Positions 8,984-19,082 of a stretch of DNA of 33,901 nucleotides are shown here, piece by piece. The notes under the pieces were generated by a model that saw nothing but the letters and a program-made list of their open reading frames with translations, made no database searches and had not been told where the DNA came from. Where the stretch lies: the NCBI GenBank assembly GCA_050239825.1, contig JBFXGO010000025.1, positions 1 through 33,901 of the forward strand, read 5' to 3'. The position numbers and the translations under genes were made by a program. The stretch is from a bacterium (GTDB lineage: Bacteria; Hydrothermota; 32-111). Every line of letters begins with the position of its first letter. Positions within the stretch are counted from its first letter, which is position 1.

Positions 8984-10744
8984 ATGAAATATTTATTTTC
9001 TCTGCTTCTCATTCCATTATTCATTTTCCCCTTTGATGCATACAAAGTTGATGAGATTCAGGTAGTATACCAGTATTCAGATCAACCCTACGACTATGTG
9101 TCAATGATAGTTGAAAAAGGGTATGTGAACTCAACCGACTTCAACCAACTCAATTCTATTGTAAACTATGTCAAGGGAGATTCAATTGACGCTTATATAA
9201 AATGCTATCCTGATTACACGGTGATGGAGTTTTATTCAAAGAGCCCGGGTTCCGTAAATGTGCTTCTTAAAATAAGAAGAGCCTTAAATGAAAAACCTAT
9301 GCAGTCAACCGAGCCAGCCTATGACCTTCTTGATATAGCAATTCTTGAGAGGTGGGGCTACTCTATCAGGGAAAAAGAGAATCCGAAGTCTCTGACCCTC
9401 GGAGGAGGTATATCCGCTTCAAAAACATCCATATTTATTAAGACAATGAGAAGCAGGGAAGAGGTTGACGGGATAATAAAGGCAATGAATCTGAACCCCT
9501 CTCTCTCTGAGAGTAGCTTTGTGGGTAAACCGCTTCTGGGAGAATACTGGCTGGGCGACATACCTGCAGATATATATTTTTATGATTTCCGCGGATTGAA
9601 GGATTTTGACCTGAGCATGTACCTTTTGCTTCTCTATGCAATGAATGCTGAGAGCAAAAGAGCAGACATAAGGTCTGTCGGAAAAGACTTTTTCATAGTG
9701 TCAGCGGCAAACATCGATAAAGCCGGGAGAGAAGAGACATTTGAACAAGCAAAGAAGATGCTCATCGCAGACATCGAAATCTCCGAAAGCAATATTTCAG
9801 AGTTGGTCTATAAGATGAATTTTATTTTTCATGAAAATCCCAGGTTTAAGTTTATCGGAGTGAAGAATAAAATTGAGAGGGCAATATATAAAGACTACAC
9901 CGGCTTTATATCCTCTTTGAAGCACGCGCTGGTATTCAGAAGAGGGTATCCTGAATTATCCGAGGTTGGGTATGAAGCAAAAAAGCTGAAGAACAACATT
10001 ACACTGCTCTACAGAAACAAGACGGAATCCGGCACTGAAATAGCCGTTGCATTCAAAAATGTAATTCAAACGGAAAGGGAATGGTCAAAGCAGTTTGCCT
10101 CCGATATGATCTTCGCAGACCTTGAATCACGGTTTAGAAGCTGGAAAAGCGAAATAAGCCTCCCTAGGTCAAATCTGAGAATTTTTTCATTCAAATCTTC
10201 CGAGAGCTCCTCAATCTTTTCTCTAACGGAATTTATATCCCAGCTCGTCAAGCTTGACATGGAAAATATCAGAATGAAGAGCAGAGCCGAGGAGATTATG
10301 AACACATGGAAAATTATAAATGAAACCCGAGGCCTTCAAACTGAGATTGATTCATCATTTATTCTTCTTTCAGACGGAGAATACAGGATGGCGGCAGGCA
10401 AGATTTTCTCTGGAGCAAATATAATCATCTCAGTCGAATCTGCCCTGCCTATGGAAAAGTTTGCGGATTTTTTGGAGAACATACCTCTTCAAAAGGGTGT
10501 TGAGACTCTCAGCATCGAACCGAAAAGCGCCGAAGATGTTTACATAGACTATGCGTTTAATCTGCTGAACAGATATCTGACTGAGGATTTACGGGTAATC
10601 CATGTAGGAGATGTTTTTCCTCAGCCGTTAAAATATCCTTCCCGCTACTATGATCTTGCGAAACGAAACAAAATAAATATTCTTGCTCTGCTTTCTTATA
10701 TTCTTTATTCGGACGCGAATAAACTGATTTTACATTTCAAGTAA
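8984..10744 (+). CDS. Secreted hypothetical protein (586 aa)
   Basis: Long ORF. ATG 8984 gives a signal-peptide-like start (MKYLFSLLLIPLFIFP). No catalytic motif recognised. Confidence 0.75.
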   Translation: MKYLFSLLLIPLFIFPFDAYKVDEIQVVYQYSDQPYDYVSMIVEKGYVNSTDFNQLNSIVNYVKGDSIDAYIKCYPDYTVMEFYSKSPGSVNVLLKIRRALNEKPMQSTEPAYDLLDIAILERWGYSIREKENPKSLTLGGGISASKTSIFIKTMRSREEVDGIIKAMNLNPSLSESSFVGKPLLGEYWLGDIPADIYFYDFRGLKDFDLSMYLLLLYAMNAESKRADIRSVGKDFFIVSAANIDKAGREETFEQAKKMLIADIEISESNISELVYKMNFIFHENPRFKFIGVKNKIERAIYKDYTGFISSLKHALVFRRGYPELSEVGYEAKKLKNNITLLYRNKTESGTEIAVAFKNVIQTEREWSKQFASDMIFADLESRFRSWKSEISLPRSNLRIFSFKSSESSSIFSLTEFISQLVKLDMENIRMKSRAEEIMNTWKIINETRGLQTEIDSSFILLSDGEYRMAAGKIFSGANIIISVESALPMEKFADFLENIPLQKGVETLSIEPKSAEDVYIDYAFNLLNRYLTEDLRVIHVGDVFPQPLKYPSRYYDLAKRNKINILALLSYILYSDANKLILHFK

Positions 10745-11471
10745 AATTTCTTTCAATTCTATCAATCATATCCGAAAGAGTCTTTGACAATTCAATGATG
10801 ACGTTGTCGTGATATTTCAGACACAGCTTTTTATTCAGATTTATCTTTCCGCCCTCTTTAGAATAGAGAAGGCAGGCCGCGGGAGCGGGAACAGAGCTTA
10901 TACCATCAACCATATTAAAGTACTGGTTTTTGTCTTTAAGGTGCTCTTCTCTAACCATCTCAGGGTCAATTGCGAGCATCATTGCAGTTTCGTCGACTCC
11001 TCCGTGCCCTCCATCGGTTTTAAAGATTTTTTTGCAAATGGGATATGCAAAAACCCACCAGTGTACGATGTACACGAACATGCCGGTTTTAAGGAATATT
11101 TCTTTTTTGATTCCTTCTATTGCGGAATTGTTGCCGCCATGTCCGTTCAGAATTATGAAGTGTTTGAAAGAGTTGTTCTTGCATGAGAGAGCGATGTCAA
11201 GAATCGTTTCTGAGAGAGTTTTTTCGCTGATATTAACTGTTCCCGGGTAGGGAAGAAGAGATGTGGTCACTCCATAAGGGATTGCGGGAAGGATCAGAGA
11301 ATCAATGCTTTCTGCTATTTTATGAGCTATCCTCTCCGGTATAAAAGTGTCGGTTCCGTTTGATGTAATTGAATGCGCTTCAAGAGTGCCTACAGGAAGT
11401 ATCACCTTATCAATCTTCCTGACCGCCTTTTTTACATCTCTCCAGTTCATCCTGTCGATTCTTCTTTCCAT
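10737..11471 (-). CDS. Creatininase-family amidohydrolase
   Basis: Motifs LPVGTLEAH, GTD, PGT, NGHGGN, GHGGVDET. RBS AAGGAG upstream. Confidence 0.93.
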   Translation of the reverse strand: MERRIDRMNWRDVKKAVRKIDKVILPVGTLEAHSITSNGTDTFIPERIAHKIAESIDSLILPAIPYGVTTSLLPYPGTVNISEKTLSETILDIALSCKNNSFKHFIILNGHGGNNSAIEGIKKEIFLKTGMFVYIVHWWVFAYPICKKIFKTDGGHGGVDETAMMLAIDPEMVREEHLKDKNQYFNMVDGISSVPAPAACLLYSKEGGKINLNKKLCLKYHDNVIIELSKTLSDMIDRIERNFT

Positions 11472-11535
11472 GATTCTCTCCTTTTCTAGTATATTTAATC
11501 TAATGCGTTATACAGCTGGCAATATCAAAAAAAGA

Positions 11536-12528
11536 TTAAATGTCTTTTCCCGATATGAAATCTGCAAAGCGCCTGAGGGATCTGATATAAATGTTGCCGG
11601 CGCTCTCAGCTATGCAGGGAAAGAGACATCTTCTGCAATTCTGAAGATTCTTTACATTGTAATGGCGCGTGCTTTTATTGTGAATCAGAGTTAACCCCTG
11701 ATTGAGAATGTTTCCGTAATCCTGCATGCTCTCGACGAACCTCTCTTCGCATGGAGTTATCTTGCCGTTGGAATCTACATGTACTGCGTTCCTTGCCATG
11801 TTGCACCTGTATGCAGAGTCGCCTCTCATCAGCTTTAATGCCTCCATTGAATTATTTACAGGCATACCATTTTTTTTCAGTTTCATTATTGCGGTGAAGA
11901 CTCTGTATTTTTCTTCAGGAGAGAATATTATCTCTTCATTGTAATCGGAGAATATGTTTGAAGGAAAGAACTCAACAGACAAACCATTCTCATGGGCGAA
12001 TTTCAGTATAGGCAGAATTGAATTATTGTTAAGTCTGTTTATATGAGACCAAATTTTAATTTTAGCCTTGCCTCTCTCTCTGAACTTTTTAACTCCGCGG
12101 ATTATTCTGTCGAACAGACCCGGTGTATTGCGGATTTTGTCTTGATTTTCATAGACTCCCTCAAGAGAAAGAAGAATTATGTCTATGTAACCGTTTATAT
12201 CGTCAAATCTCTCTTCGAGCATATATCCGGAAGTGCAGAGGCTTGTTTTGTATCCGAGTTTCTTCGCATGTTTCAGCCATATTCCGAGATCTCTCACCAT
12301 CAGCGGCTCACCGCCCCAGAGAGAGTATGTTGTCAGACCGGCCTTCCATCCGTCGTCAAGCATCTTAATCACATCTTGGGTCTTTACACCCGGCTCCGTA
12401 TCCTGATTCTTCCAAAAGTCGCAGAATTCGCATCTGCAATTGCAGGATGTGGTCGGTTTATGATAGAGTATGAATTGGTCTCCCCTGAGAATTGATAAAG
12501 CCGTGTGGGTGAAATATTGAATGTTCAT
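11536..12528 (-). CDS. Radical SAM protein with C-terminal SPASM/twitch-like cysteines
   Basis: CNCRCEFC (CxxxCxxC), GGEPL, C-terminal CNMARNAVHVDSNGKITPC...CRRCLFPC. Start placed downstream of the consensus promoter; exact start uncertain. Confidence 0.88.
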   Translation of the reverse strand: MNIQYFTHTALSILRGDQFILYHKPTTSCNCRCEFCDFWKNQDTEPGVKTQDVIKMLDDGWKAGLTTYSLWGGEPLMVRDLGIWLKHAKKLGYKTSLCTSGYMLEERFDDINGYIDIILLSLEGVYENQDKIRNTPGLFDRIIRGVKKFRERGKAKIKIWSHINRLNNNSILPILKFAHENGLSVEFFPSNIFSDYNEEIIFSPEEKYRVFTAIMKLKKNGMPVNNSMEALKLMRGDSAYRCNMARNAVHVDSNGKITPCEERFVESMQDYGNILNQGLTLIHNKSTRHYNVKNLQNCRRCLFPCIAESAGNIYIRSLRRFADFISGKDI

Positions 12529-12553
12529 CACTCTCTTTCTCATCATGAAGATT

Positions 12554-12582
12554 ATTATATATAAATTGACTGTCATTGTCAA
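12554..12582 (-). promoter_or_regulatory. Sigma70-type promoter for the radical SAM gene
   Basis: Minus strand TTGACA (12582-12577), 17 bp spacer, TATAAT (12559-12554): perfect consensus. Confidence 0.75.
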
Positions 12583-12609
12583 TTGATTTCACTTCTCTCT
12601 CTTGTCCTC

Positions 12610-12638
12610 TTGTCAAACCGCCGGCTTTTTAGTATAAT
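12610..12638 (+). promoter_or_regulatory. Sigma70-type promoter for the rmuC operon (divergent from the radical SAM promoter)
   Basis: TTGTCA (12610-12615), 17 bp spacer, TATAAT (12633-12638). Confidence 0.65.
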
Positions 12639-12656
12639 TGCATAAAAGAGGTGCAA

Positions 12657-13673
12657 ATGCTTTATTTATTTTTATCAATGTTGAGTGTTTTGTCGGTTAT
12701 CATAATCATTATTCTATTGTATCTGATTAAAGTCCGGCACACCGGAGTACCATCTGACATTGAGAACAAACTTCTGATAATGAAGGGAGAACTCACCGAT
12801 ACCGTGAGGAGCAATAAGGATGAACTTGAAAAAACCAAGGATATGATTTCGGTCAATACACTCGAATCAATGAAGATGATAAGAGAACTCAATGAGACAA
12901 TAATGAAATTGACAATGGAGCAGAAGACGGCAACGGAGATTTCAAAGGATTTGAAGTATTTTTTTGACAGACCGAAGTTGAGGGGCAATTACGGCGAATA
13001 CATACTTGAAGAGCTGGTTTCAAAGATAATCCCTTCTGAGATGTTCAAAACTCAATACTCCTTCAATGATGGAAGCAAGGTTGACCTTGCTTTATTTTAT
13101 CGGGATTTGATAATACCAATTGATTCAAAATTCCCCACAGAACTGTTCAGCAGGTATATGGATGAAAAGGATGAAAAAACCAAGGAAGAGTCCTATAAAA
13201 AATTTGCCGACAATGTGAAGACCACTGCCGCATCTATTTCAGCAAAGTATATTAAGCCGGAGAATGCAACATCTGATTTTGCCATTATGTTCGTCCCCTC
13301 GGACGCCGTTTATTTTGAATGTTTGAGGGCTTCGGAAAATCCTAAGAAAAGCGAGCTTTTTGAGAGTCTTTTAAAGAGCAGAGTGATGCTTGCGTCGCCG
13401 TCCACCCTCTTTGCTTTCCTTTCAGTTATCATGACAGGTATGAAGCAGTATAAGTTCTACAAGCATACAAAGCAGATTCAGGAAGAATCGGAAAAATTAA
13501 AGAAGCATGTTGATAATTTCATCCGCCAGTATGAAGGTGCTGGAAAGGCTATTCAAACTGCAGAAATCGCGTATGAGGTCTCCAGAAAGCACCTTGACAG
13601 CATTAAAAATTCGGCAGACAGGATAACGAAAGTTCAGGGCGGAGAAGAGAGCGTCGAAATGAAGGAGGAATGA
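12657..13673 (+). CDS. rmuC: DNA recombination protein RmuC
   Basis: N-terminal TM plus coiled coil; PKLRGNYGE..LE, IPIDSKFP, KYIKP..TSDFAIMFVPSDAVY, SPSTL. Confidence 0.92.
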   Translation: MLYLFLSMLSVLSVIIIIILLYLIKVRHTGVPSDIENKLLIMKGELTDTVRSNKDELEKTKDMISVNTLESMKMIRELNETIMKLTMEQKTATEISKDLKYFFDRPKLRGNYGEYILEELVSKIIPSEMFKTQYSFNDGSKVDLALFYRDLIIPIDSKFPTELFSRYMDEKDEKTKEESYKKFADNVKTTAASISAKYIKPENATSDFAIMFVPSDAVYFECLRASENPKKSELFESLLKSRVMLASPSTLFAFLSVIMTGMKQYKFYKHTKQIQEESEKLKKHVDNFIRQYEGAGKAIQTAEIAYEVSRKHLDSIKNSADRITKVQGGEESVEMKEE

Positions 13674-13674
13674 A

Positions 13675-14292
13675 ATGAAAAGAATGCTTATGGCATTGAT
13701 TATGTTGTTTGTTCTGACCTCATGCGCGGCTCCGCTGAAACTGAAAGTGAAGTTCGTCGGTGAGACGGGGATAATGCCGCGCTCAGATGTGATGCTGGAA
13801 GATGAAGTCATAGGCAAAGTCACAAAGGTTGAGAGCGACGAAAAGAAAACAATTGTTTCAATCATTATAGACCCAAAGTACAGAGACAAGATGAATACAA
13901 AGACGCTGTTTTTCAGAGTGGGAGAGAAGGATGATGAGAGGGTGATGGTCATCCTCCGGGAAGGAAATGATGCTGTCATGCTGAAAGACGGAGATTCTGT
14001 CGATGGAATGGGTGAAGTAATGTATTATAGCCTCCGCTCGGGAAAGTCGGTCACAAACAAGGTAAAGGAATTTTTTGAAAGCAGGGAGTGGAAGGAATTC
14101 AGAGAGGATGTCAGCGGAAAGATAAAATCCGCATTTGATGCCACAAAAGAGGAGCTTGATGAAGAGACATATGAAATAAGACAAAAAGCCGTCGAATTTA
14201 TAGAAAAAATGAAAGAGAAATACGGTGAGGATTTTGCTGACAGGGTTATGGAATTCACTGATTCCGTGATTGAGGAGATGAAAATCAAATGA
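13675..14292 (+). CDS. Lipoprotein with MlaD/MCE-like domain
   Basis: Lipobox LTSC; MCE-like VKFVGETGIMPRSDVMLEDEVIGKVTKV; helical C-terminus. Confidence 0.6.
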   Translation: MKRMLMALIMLFVLTSCAAPLKLKVKFVGETGIMPRSDVMLEDEVIGKVTKVESDEKKTIVSIIIDPKYRDKMNTKTLFFRVGEKDDERVMVILREGNDAVMLKDGDSVDGMGEVMYYSLRSGKSVTNKVKEFFESREWKEFREDVSGKIKSAFDATKEELDEETYEIRQKAVEFIEKMKEKYGEDFADRVMEFTDSVIEEMKIK

Positions 14293-15608
14293 GTGTATTC
14301 AGCGGATCGGATTTGAGAAGACGCTGGAAGGAGATAGAAAAGTACAATGAGTTTTACAGCGAAGAGAGCGTTAAAAAGAATATTATCGGGATAATGGGGA
14401 CAACGGAAGATTGGAAGATGCAGTTGAGTTCTTTTCTCGAAAAGCTGAATCTTCCGTTCAGAGACGAATCTACAATCGAAACAACCGAGGCAGATGGAAA
14501 AATTCAGAAAATCAACCTTGACCTTAGGGGCATTGACCTTTCAAATGAGAGATTTACTGCCCGCAAGTTCAATGATTTTGCTTACATGAAAAATTCAAAC
14601 AGCCATATTTCTTCGATAGGAGACATGTCAGGCCTACATCTTGAATATGCAATCCTTGAGAATGTTCATTTTGAGGGGGTTGATTTGTCCCACTCCTTCT
14701 TTGATTTCGCGTCTATGAAAAACTCCACTTTCAAAGAGGCAAAGTGCAGAAAGAATTCATTTGTTGGAATAGACGCAAAAGGCATGTTGTTTGAAAAGAC
14801 CGACATGAGCGGTAGTTCTTTTATTTTCTCAGATATGCGGATGTGCGAAATAACCGAGTCTATAATGGAAGGATGCGATTTCACCGGAACGAAGCTACTT
14901 CATATCAAGCTGAGTTTGAATATTTGCGATGCATCTACAAGGTTCATCTCCCAGAAAACAAATTTTCTGCAGACGAATGACGGGAAGGTCGTAACTTTAA
15001 GGGGAAGGCGTGCGCTTATAGGAAAAAACAAAGAGGTTTTAATTAGCCCCCTTATAGAACAGCATTCTGATTTTCGCTTAAGCACTGCTGATTACAATGT
15101 AATCAGAGATGAAGCGGATGCTTATTCGGATGAAGATATCTGGTCTGAGATAAAAGAGGTGTACAGGCAATTGAAGCTCATGTTCAGGTCATTCGGCTTC
15201 TATTCCGAAGCCGATATGTACTTCTTTCTGGAGCTTAAAGCAAAGAGAAAGTCCCACACATCAGTTTTTTACAGGATTGTGATGAAGATTGTGGAAATTC
15301 TGACCGGATATGGAATAAAGATTGAAAGGATGGTTTTCCTTGCTCTCGTCAATGTTCTTCTTTTTTCTTTTATCTACTATTTCGGAAGCGGGTATCTTGT
15401 CTCAGCGGATGGCGCATCAATGTTTTCCGGAGGAGAGAAGATTGCAAGGTCTGTCTATTTCTCTATCGTCACTTTCACGACTGTGGGATACGGAGATATA
15501 CACCCGATAGGCTACATGAGGTTTGTGGCAAATGCAGAGGCATTTTCAGGGCTTCTTGTGATGGGGCTCTTCGTAGTATCTATCACCAGAAAATTTATAG
15601 GTGACTGA
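14289..15608 (+). CDS. Pentapeptide-repeat protein fused to a 2TM K+ channel pore domain
   Basis: Pentapeptide run (LEYAILENVHFEGVDLSHSFFDFASMKNSTF...). C-terminal YFSIVTFTTVGYGDIHP selectivity filter between TM helices. Confidence 0.88.
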   Translation: MSVFSGSDLRRRWKEIEKYNEFYSEESVKKNIIGIMGTTEDWKMQLSSFLEKLNLPFRDESTIETTEADGKIQKINLDLRGIDLSNERFTARKFNDFAYMKNSNSHISSIGDMSGLHLEYAILENVHFEGVDLSHSFFDFASMKNSTFKEAKCRKNSFVGIDAKGMLFEKTDMSGSSFIFSDMRMCEITESIMEGCDFTGTKLLHIKLSLNICDASTRFISQKTNFLQTNDGKVVTLRGRRALIGKNKEVLISPLIEQHSDFRLSTADYNVIRDEADAYSDEDIWSEIKEVYRQLKLMFRSFGFYSEADMYFFLELKAKRKSHTSVFYRIVMKIVEILTGYGIKIERMVFLALVNVLLFSFIYYFGSGYLVSADGASMFSGGEKIARSVYFSIVTFTTVGYGDIHPIGYMRFVANAEAFSGLLVMGLFVVSITRKFIGD

Positions 15609-15667
15609 GAACCTTGACTATGCTAAATATTTTGTTATTATATTATATTTAAGTTACGGAGGTTTAA

Positions 15668-16449
15668 TGACAGAGAGAATCATTCTTTCTGAAATCAACT
15701 TTAAAAAGATCGCGGAGCATCTTTCTAAAGAGTTGGCTTTGGAAATAAAGAAGCGCAAAGCAAAGAAAGCCATATTAGGCCTTTCAGGAGGACTTGATTC
15801 ATCCGTTGTGCTCAAGCTTTTGACTCTCTCTCTTCCCACAGAGAAAATTCATCCGGTATTTATGCCCTATAAAACAACCGCAAAATCATCGCATGATGAT
15901 GCCCTTCTGATGTGCAGTATGCTGAAGCTGACTCTTGAAACAAAGGAGATAGCTCCTCAGGTTGATGCCTACTTTCAAAGGGAGAAGGATGCTGACAGGA
16001 TAAGGTTCGGCAATAAATGCGCAAGGGAGAGAATGTCTGTCCTCTATGACATATCAATGAGAGAGAAAGGGATAGTAATAGGCACGAGCAACAGATCTGA
16101 GATAATAATGGGGTATGGGACAATTTTCGGAGACCTTGCGTGCGCAGTAAATCCTCTTGGCAATCTTTACAAATCCCAGATATTTCTTTTGGCAAAGTTT
16201 CTCGGAATTCCAAAGAAAATAATCAATAAAAAGCCCTCTGCAGACCTTTGGAAGGGGCAGACGGATGAGAAAGAGATGGGGATTTCATACAAAACAATTG
16301 ATGAAATAGCCTTTCTTTGCTTTGACAGGAAAAAAAATATGAATGAAATTATAAAGCTCGGATATAAAAAAAGCGACATAGAAACTATCATGAAGCGCTT
16401 TGAGAGCAATGCTTTCAAGAGAGAGATGCCGCTCATCATAAAATTGTAA
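15668..16449 (+). CDS. nadE: NH3-dependent NAD+ synthetase
   Basis: Motifs GLSGGLDS, GN..ARERM, GTSNRSE, GYGTIFGD, KKPSADLW.GQTDE. RBS GGAGG before ATG 15668. Confidence 0.96.
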
Positions 16450-16466
16450 CAAACAAAGGAGAAAAT

Positions 16467-17111
16467 ATGGGAGACTCAGTCGGAATCGAAAAGACTCTGA
16501 AGAACCAGGAGGTTCTTTTCCGCGAAGGAGATGTCGGCGATGAGATGTATCTCATAAAATCCGGCAAGATAAAGATAGTGAAGAAGGTCGGTGAAGAGAA
16601 GAAGGTTTTGGCTGTTCTCACAGAGGGGGATTTTTTCGGGGAGATGGCGATTATTGACGGAAGCTCCCGTTCCGCTACTGCAGTATCCGAGGGTGAAACA
16701 CAGCTTATAACATTCGATAAATCTGCATTCAGAAAAAAAATCGGAGAGGAGCCTCTTATTGAATACATAGTCACAGAACTCACCAAAAGGCTCAGAAGAA
16801 CAGACGAACAGATAAAATTTCTCATGATTAAATCGGATGAAAAACGACTGATAGCTTTTCTCATCACTAAAGCTCAAGAGGACGGCATAAAGCAGGAGGA
16901 TGGAAGTTATCTTCTCAATTTCGACTTTTCATACGAAGCCATCGCGCCTATAGTGGGCATGGGAGTTGAAAAACTGAAGAGATTGGTGGACAATCTTGAA
17001 AAGTCGAATTTGCTTTCCATTTACAATGACAAGCTCATTGTGAAGAATGTGACAAATCTTGAAGAGTATCTGAGATACATTTCACTTAAGGAGAAGTATG
17101 GTGAACAGTAA
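16467..17111 (+). CDS. Crp/Fnr family cNMP-binding transcriptional regulator
   Basis: LFREGDVGDEMYLIKSG, GDFFGEMAII...RSATA, C-terminal HTH. Confidence 0.92.
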   Translation: MGDSVGIEKTLKNQEVLFREGDVGDEMYLIKSGKIKIVKKVGEEKKVLAVLTEGDFFGEMAIIDGSSRSATAVSEGETQLITFDKSAFRKKIGEEPLIEYIVTELTKRLRRTDEQIKFLMIKSDEKRLIAFLITKAQEDGIKQEDGSYLLNFDFSYEAIAPIVGMGVEKLKRLVDNLEKSNLLSIYNDKLIVKNVTNLEEYLRYISLKEKYGEQ

Positions 17112-18015
17112 ACCGAAGGCAGGCGGACAGGCTGTCATTGAAGGTGTTATGATGCTCGTTCCCGGCGGCTACGCCATGTCGGTTAGACAGCCCGACAAGC
17201 AGATAAAGACGGAAAAAAAGCCTTTTAAGAAGATTACAGAGAAGAATAAAATCCTAAAGCTAATCTTTATAAGAGGAATCGCATCATTTGCGGAATCCAT
17301 GATACTTGGATATGAGAGCATCAATAAATCAGCTGAAATAGCTTTCGGCGAGACATCCTCGGGCACTTTTAAAGAGACATTTTACAATATACTCATCATA
17401 GTTCTCTCTCTGGCACTGGGTTTCGGAATATTTTTCTTTATTCCCATATATGTGGGTTCGCTTCTTAAGCTTCAGTCGAACCAGATAGTTTACAATCTCT
17501 TCATAGGCGCTTTTCGTTTCCTGCTATTCATAATTTACATAGTTTCAATAAGTTTCATAAAGGATATCAAAAGAATTTTCATGTATCACGGAGCAGAGCA
17601 CAAAACAATCTACGCTTATGAAAACGAAGAGGAATTGACTGTCGAAAACATAAAGAAGTATTCCACAAAGCATCCGCGATGCGGAACAAGCTTTATTTTT
17701 ATCACTCTCTTCAGCGCAATTGTTTTCTATTCGGTCATTGACTATTTTGTCTTCATGACCCTCGGAATACCGAATTCTCCTCTCAACAGGTTCATCAATC
17801 ACATGATTTTCCTGCCGATAGTCGCATCCGTTTCATACGAACTTCTTATGCTTGCCGGAAAATACTACAAAAATCCCATAGTGAGGGTTTTGGTTTATCC
17901 CGGGATTCTCTTTCAGTACATTACCACCAAAGAGCCGACTGATGACATGATTGAAGTAGCAGTTGAATCGCTGAAATCAGCATTTGAGGCGGCGGGAGAA
18001 ACAGAGAAAAAATGA
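17098..18015 (+). CDS. DUF1385 membrane protein
   Basis: Motifs GGQAVIEGVMM, YHGAEHK, HPRCGTSF, TTKEP. Usual neighbour of prfA/prmC. Confidence 0.93.
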   Translation: MVNSKPKAGGQAVIEGVMMLVPGGYAMSVRQPDKQIKTEKKPFKKITEKNKILKLIFIRGIASFAESMILGYESINKSAEIAFGETSSGTFKETFYNILIIVLSLALGFGIFFFIPIYVGSLLKLQSNQIVYNLFIGAFRFLLFIIYIVSISFIKDIKRIFMYHGAEHKTIYAYENEEELTVENIKKYSTKHPRCGTSFIFITLFSAIVFYSVIDYFVFMTLGIPNSPLNRFINHMIFLPIVASVSYELLMLAGKYYKNPIVRVLVYPGILFQYITTKEPTDDMIEVAVESLKSAFEAAGETEKK

Positions 18016-19082
18016 AGAATGAACTTTTGAATCTCAAGCTTGATGAATACATGCAGATGGAACAGCTTCTCTCCGACCCTAAAACTGCAAATGACACAAA
18101 GAGGTACAAAGAGATTTCAAAAAAATATTCCGACATGGGGCTGTTGATAGAGAAGATACGATCTGTTCTCGGCGTGAGGAAGAACATTGAAGAGAACTCT
18201 GAGCTTATGAAGACAGAGAAGGACCCGGAATTGAAGAATCTCTTTTTTGAAGAGACGAAACAGTTGAAGCTTCTTGAAGAGACTCTCATTTCTGAAATTA
18301 ATGTTCTTCTCATACCAAAGGATCCGAATGACGATAAAAATGTCATTTTTGAAATAAGAGCCGGAACCGGAGGAGAAGAGGCCGCTCTCTTTGCGGCTGT
18401 GCTTTACAGAATGTATAAAAAGTATGCGGAGACCAAGGGTTATGCAGTTGAATCGATTGACTTTCACCCGACCGAACTTGGCGGATTCAAAGAGATGATA
18501 TTCGGCATAAAAGGCAAGAACTCTTACGGGCTCTTTAAATTTGAAAGCGGAGTCCACAGAGTTCAGAGGGTGCCGTCAACTGAGAACAGCGGAAGGATAC
18601 ACACCTCTGCCGTTACTGTAGCGGTTCTCCCCGAAGTGGAAGATGTTGAGCTTGATATAGCTGAAAAGGATTTCAAAGTAGATATATTTCATGCTTCCGG
18701 AGCCGGAGGGCAGAATGTGAACAAGGTTGCCACTGCGGTGAGAATAACACACCTTCCGACAAATACCGTTGTTGTATGTCAGGATGAGAGAAGCCAGCAT
18801 AAAAACCGCGAGAAGGCGATGAGAATAATGAAGGCGAGACTCTACGAACAGAAGGTGAAAGAACAGCAGGCTGAGATTTCAAAGAGCAGAAAGGACCTTG
18901 TCGGCACAGGCGACCGTTCGGAGAGGATACGCACATACAACTACCCTGAGAGGAGGGTGACCGACCACAGGATTAACCTCACTCTTTACAAACTTGAGGC
19001 GATTGTTGACGGAGACCTTGACGACATAATTATTCCTCTGAGGGACGAGGACAATAAAAGAAAACTCATGGAGCTCTCTTGA
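18012..19082 (+). CDS. prfA: Peptide chain release factor 1
   Basis: EIRAGTGGEEAALF, ESGVHRVQRVPST (PxT), GAGGQNVNK, RIRTYN. Confidence 0.98.
   Translation: MKNELLNLKLDEYMQMEQLLSDPKTANDTKRYKEISKKYSDMGLLIEKIRSVLGVRKNIEENSELMKTEKDPELKNLFFEETKQLKLLEETLISEINVLLIPKDPNDDKNVIFEIRAGTGGEEAALFAAVLYRMYKKYAETKGYAVESIDFHPTELGGFKEMIFGIKGKNSYGLFKFESGVHRVQRVPSTENSGRIHTSAVTVAVLPEVEDVELDIAEKDFKVDIFHASGAGGQNVNKVATAVRITHLPTNTVVVCQDERSQHKNREKAMRIMKARLYEQKVKEQQAEISKSRKDLVGTGDRSERIRTYNYPERRVTDHRINLTLYKLEAIVDGDLDDIIIPLRDEDNKRKLMELS

Noticed and set aside
8898..8990. tRNA-Pro as an integration site of a genomic island
   Set aside because: I saw no duplicate of the tRNA 3' end in the window, no adjacent integrase, and downstream genes look host-like.
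10737..12582. Bona fide mycofactocin cluster
   Set aside because: No MftA-like precursor, MftB, MftD or MftF nearby, and intergenic space is too small to hide them.
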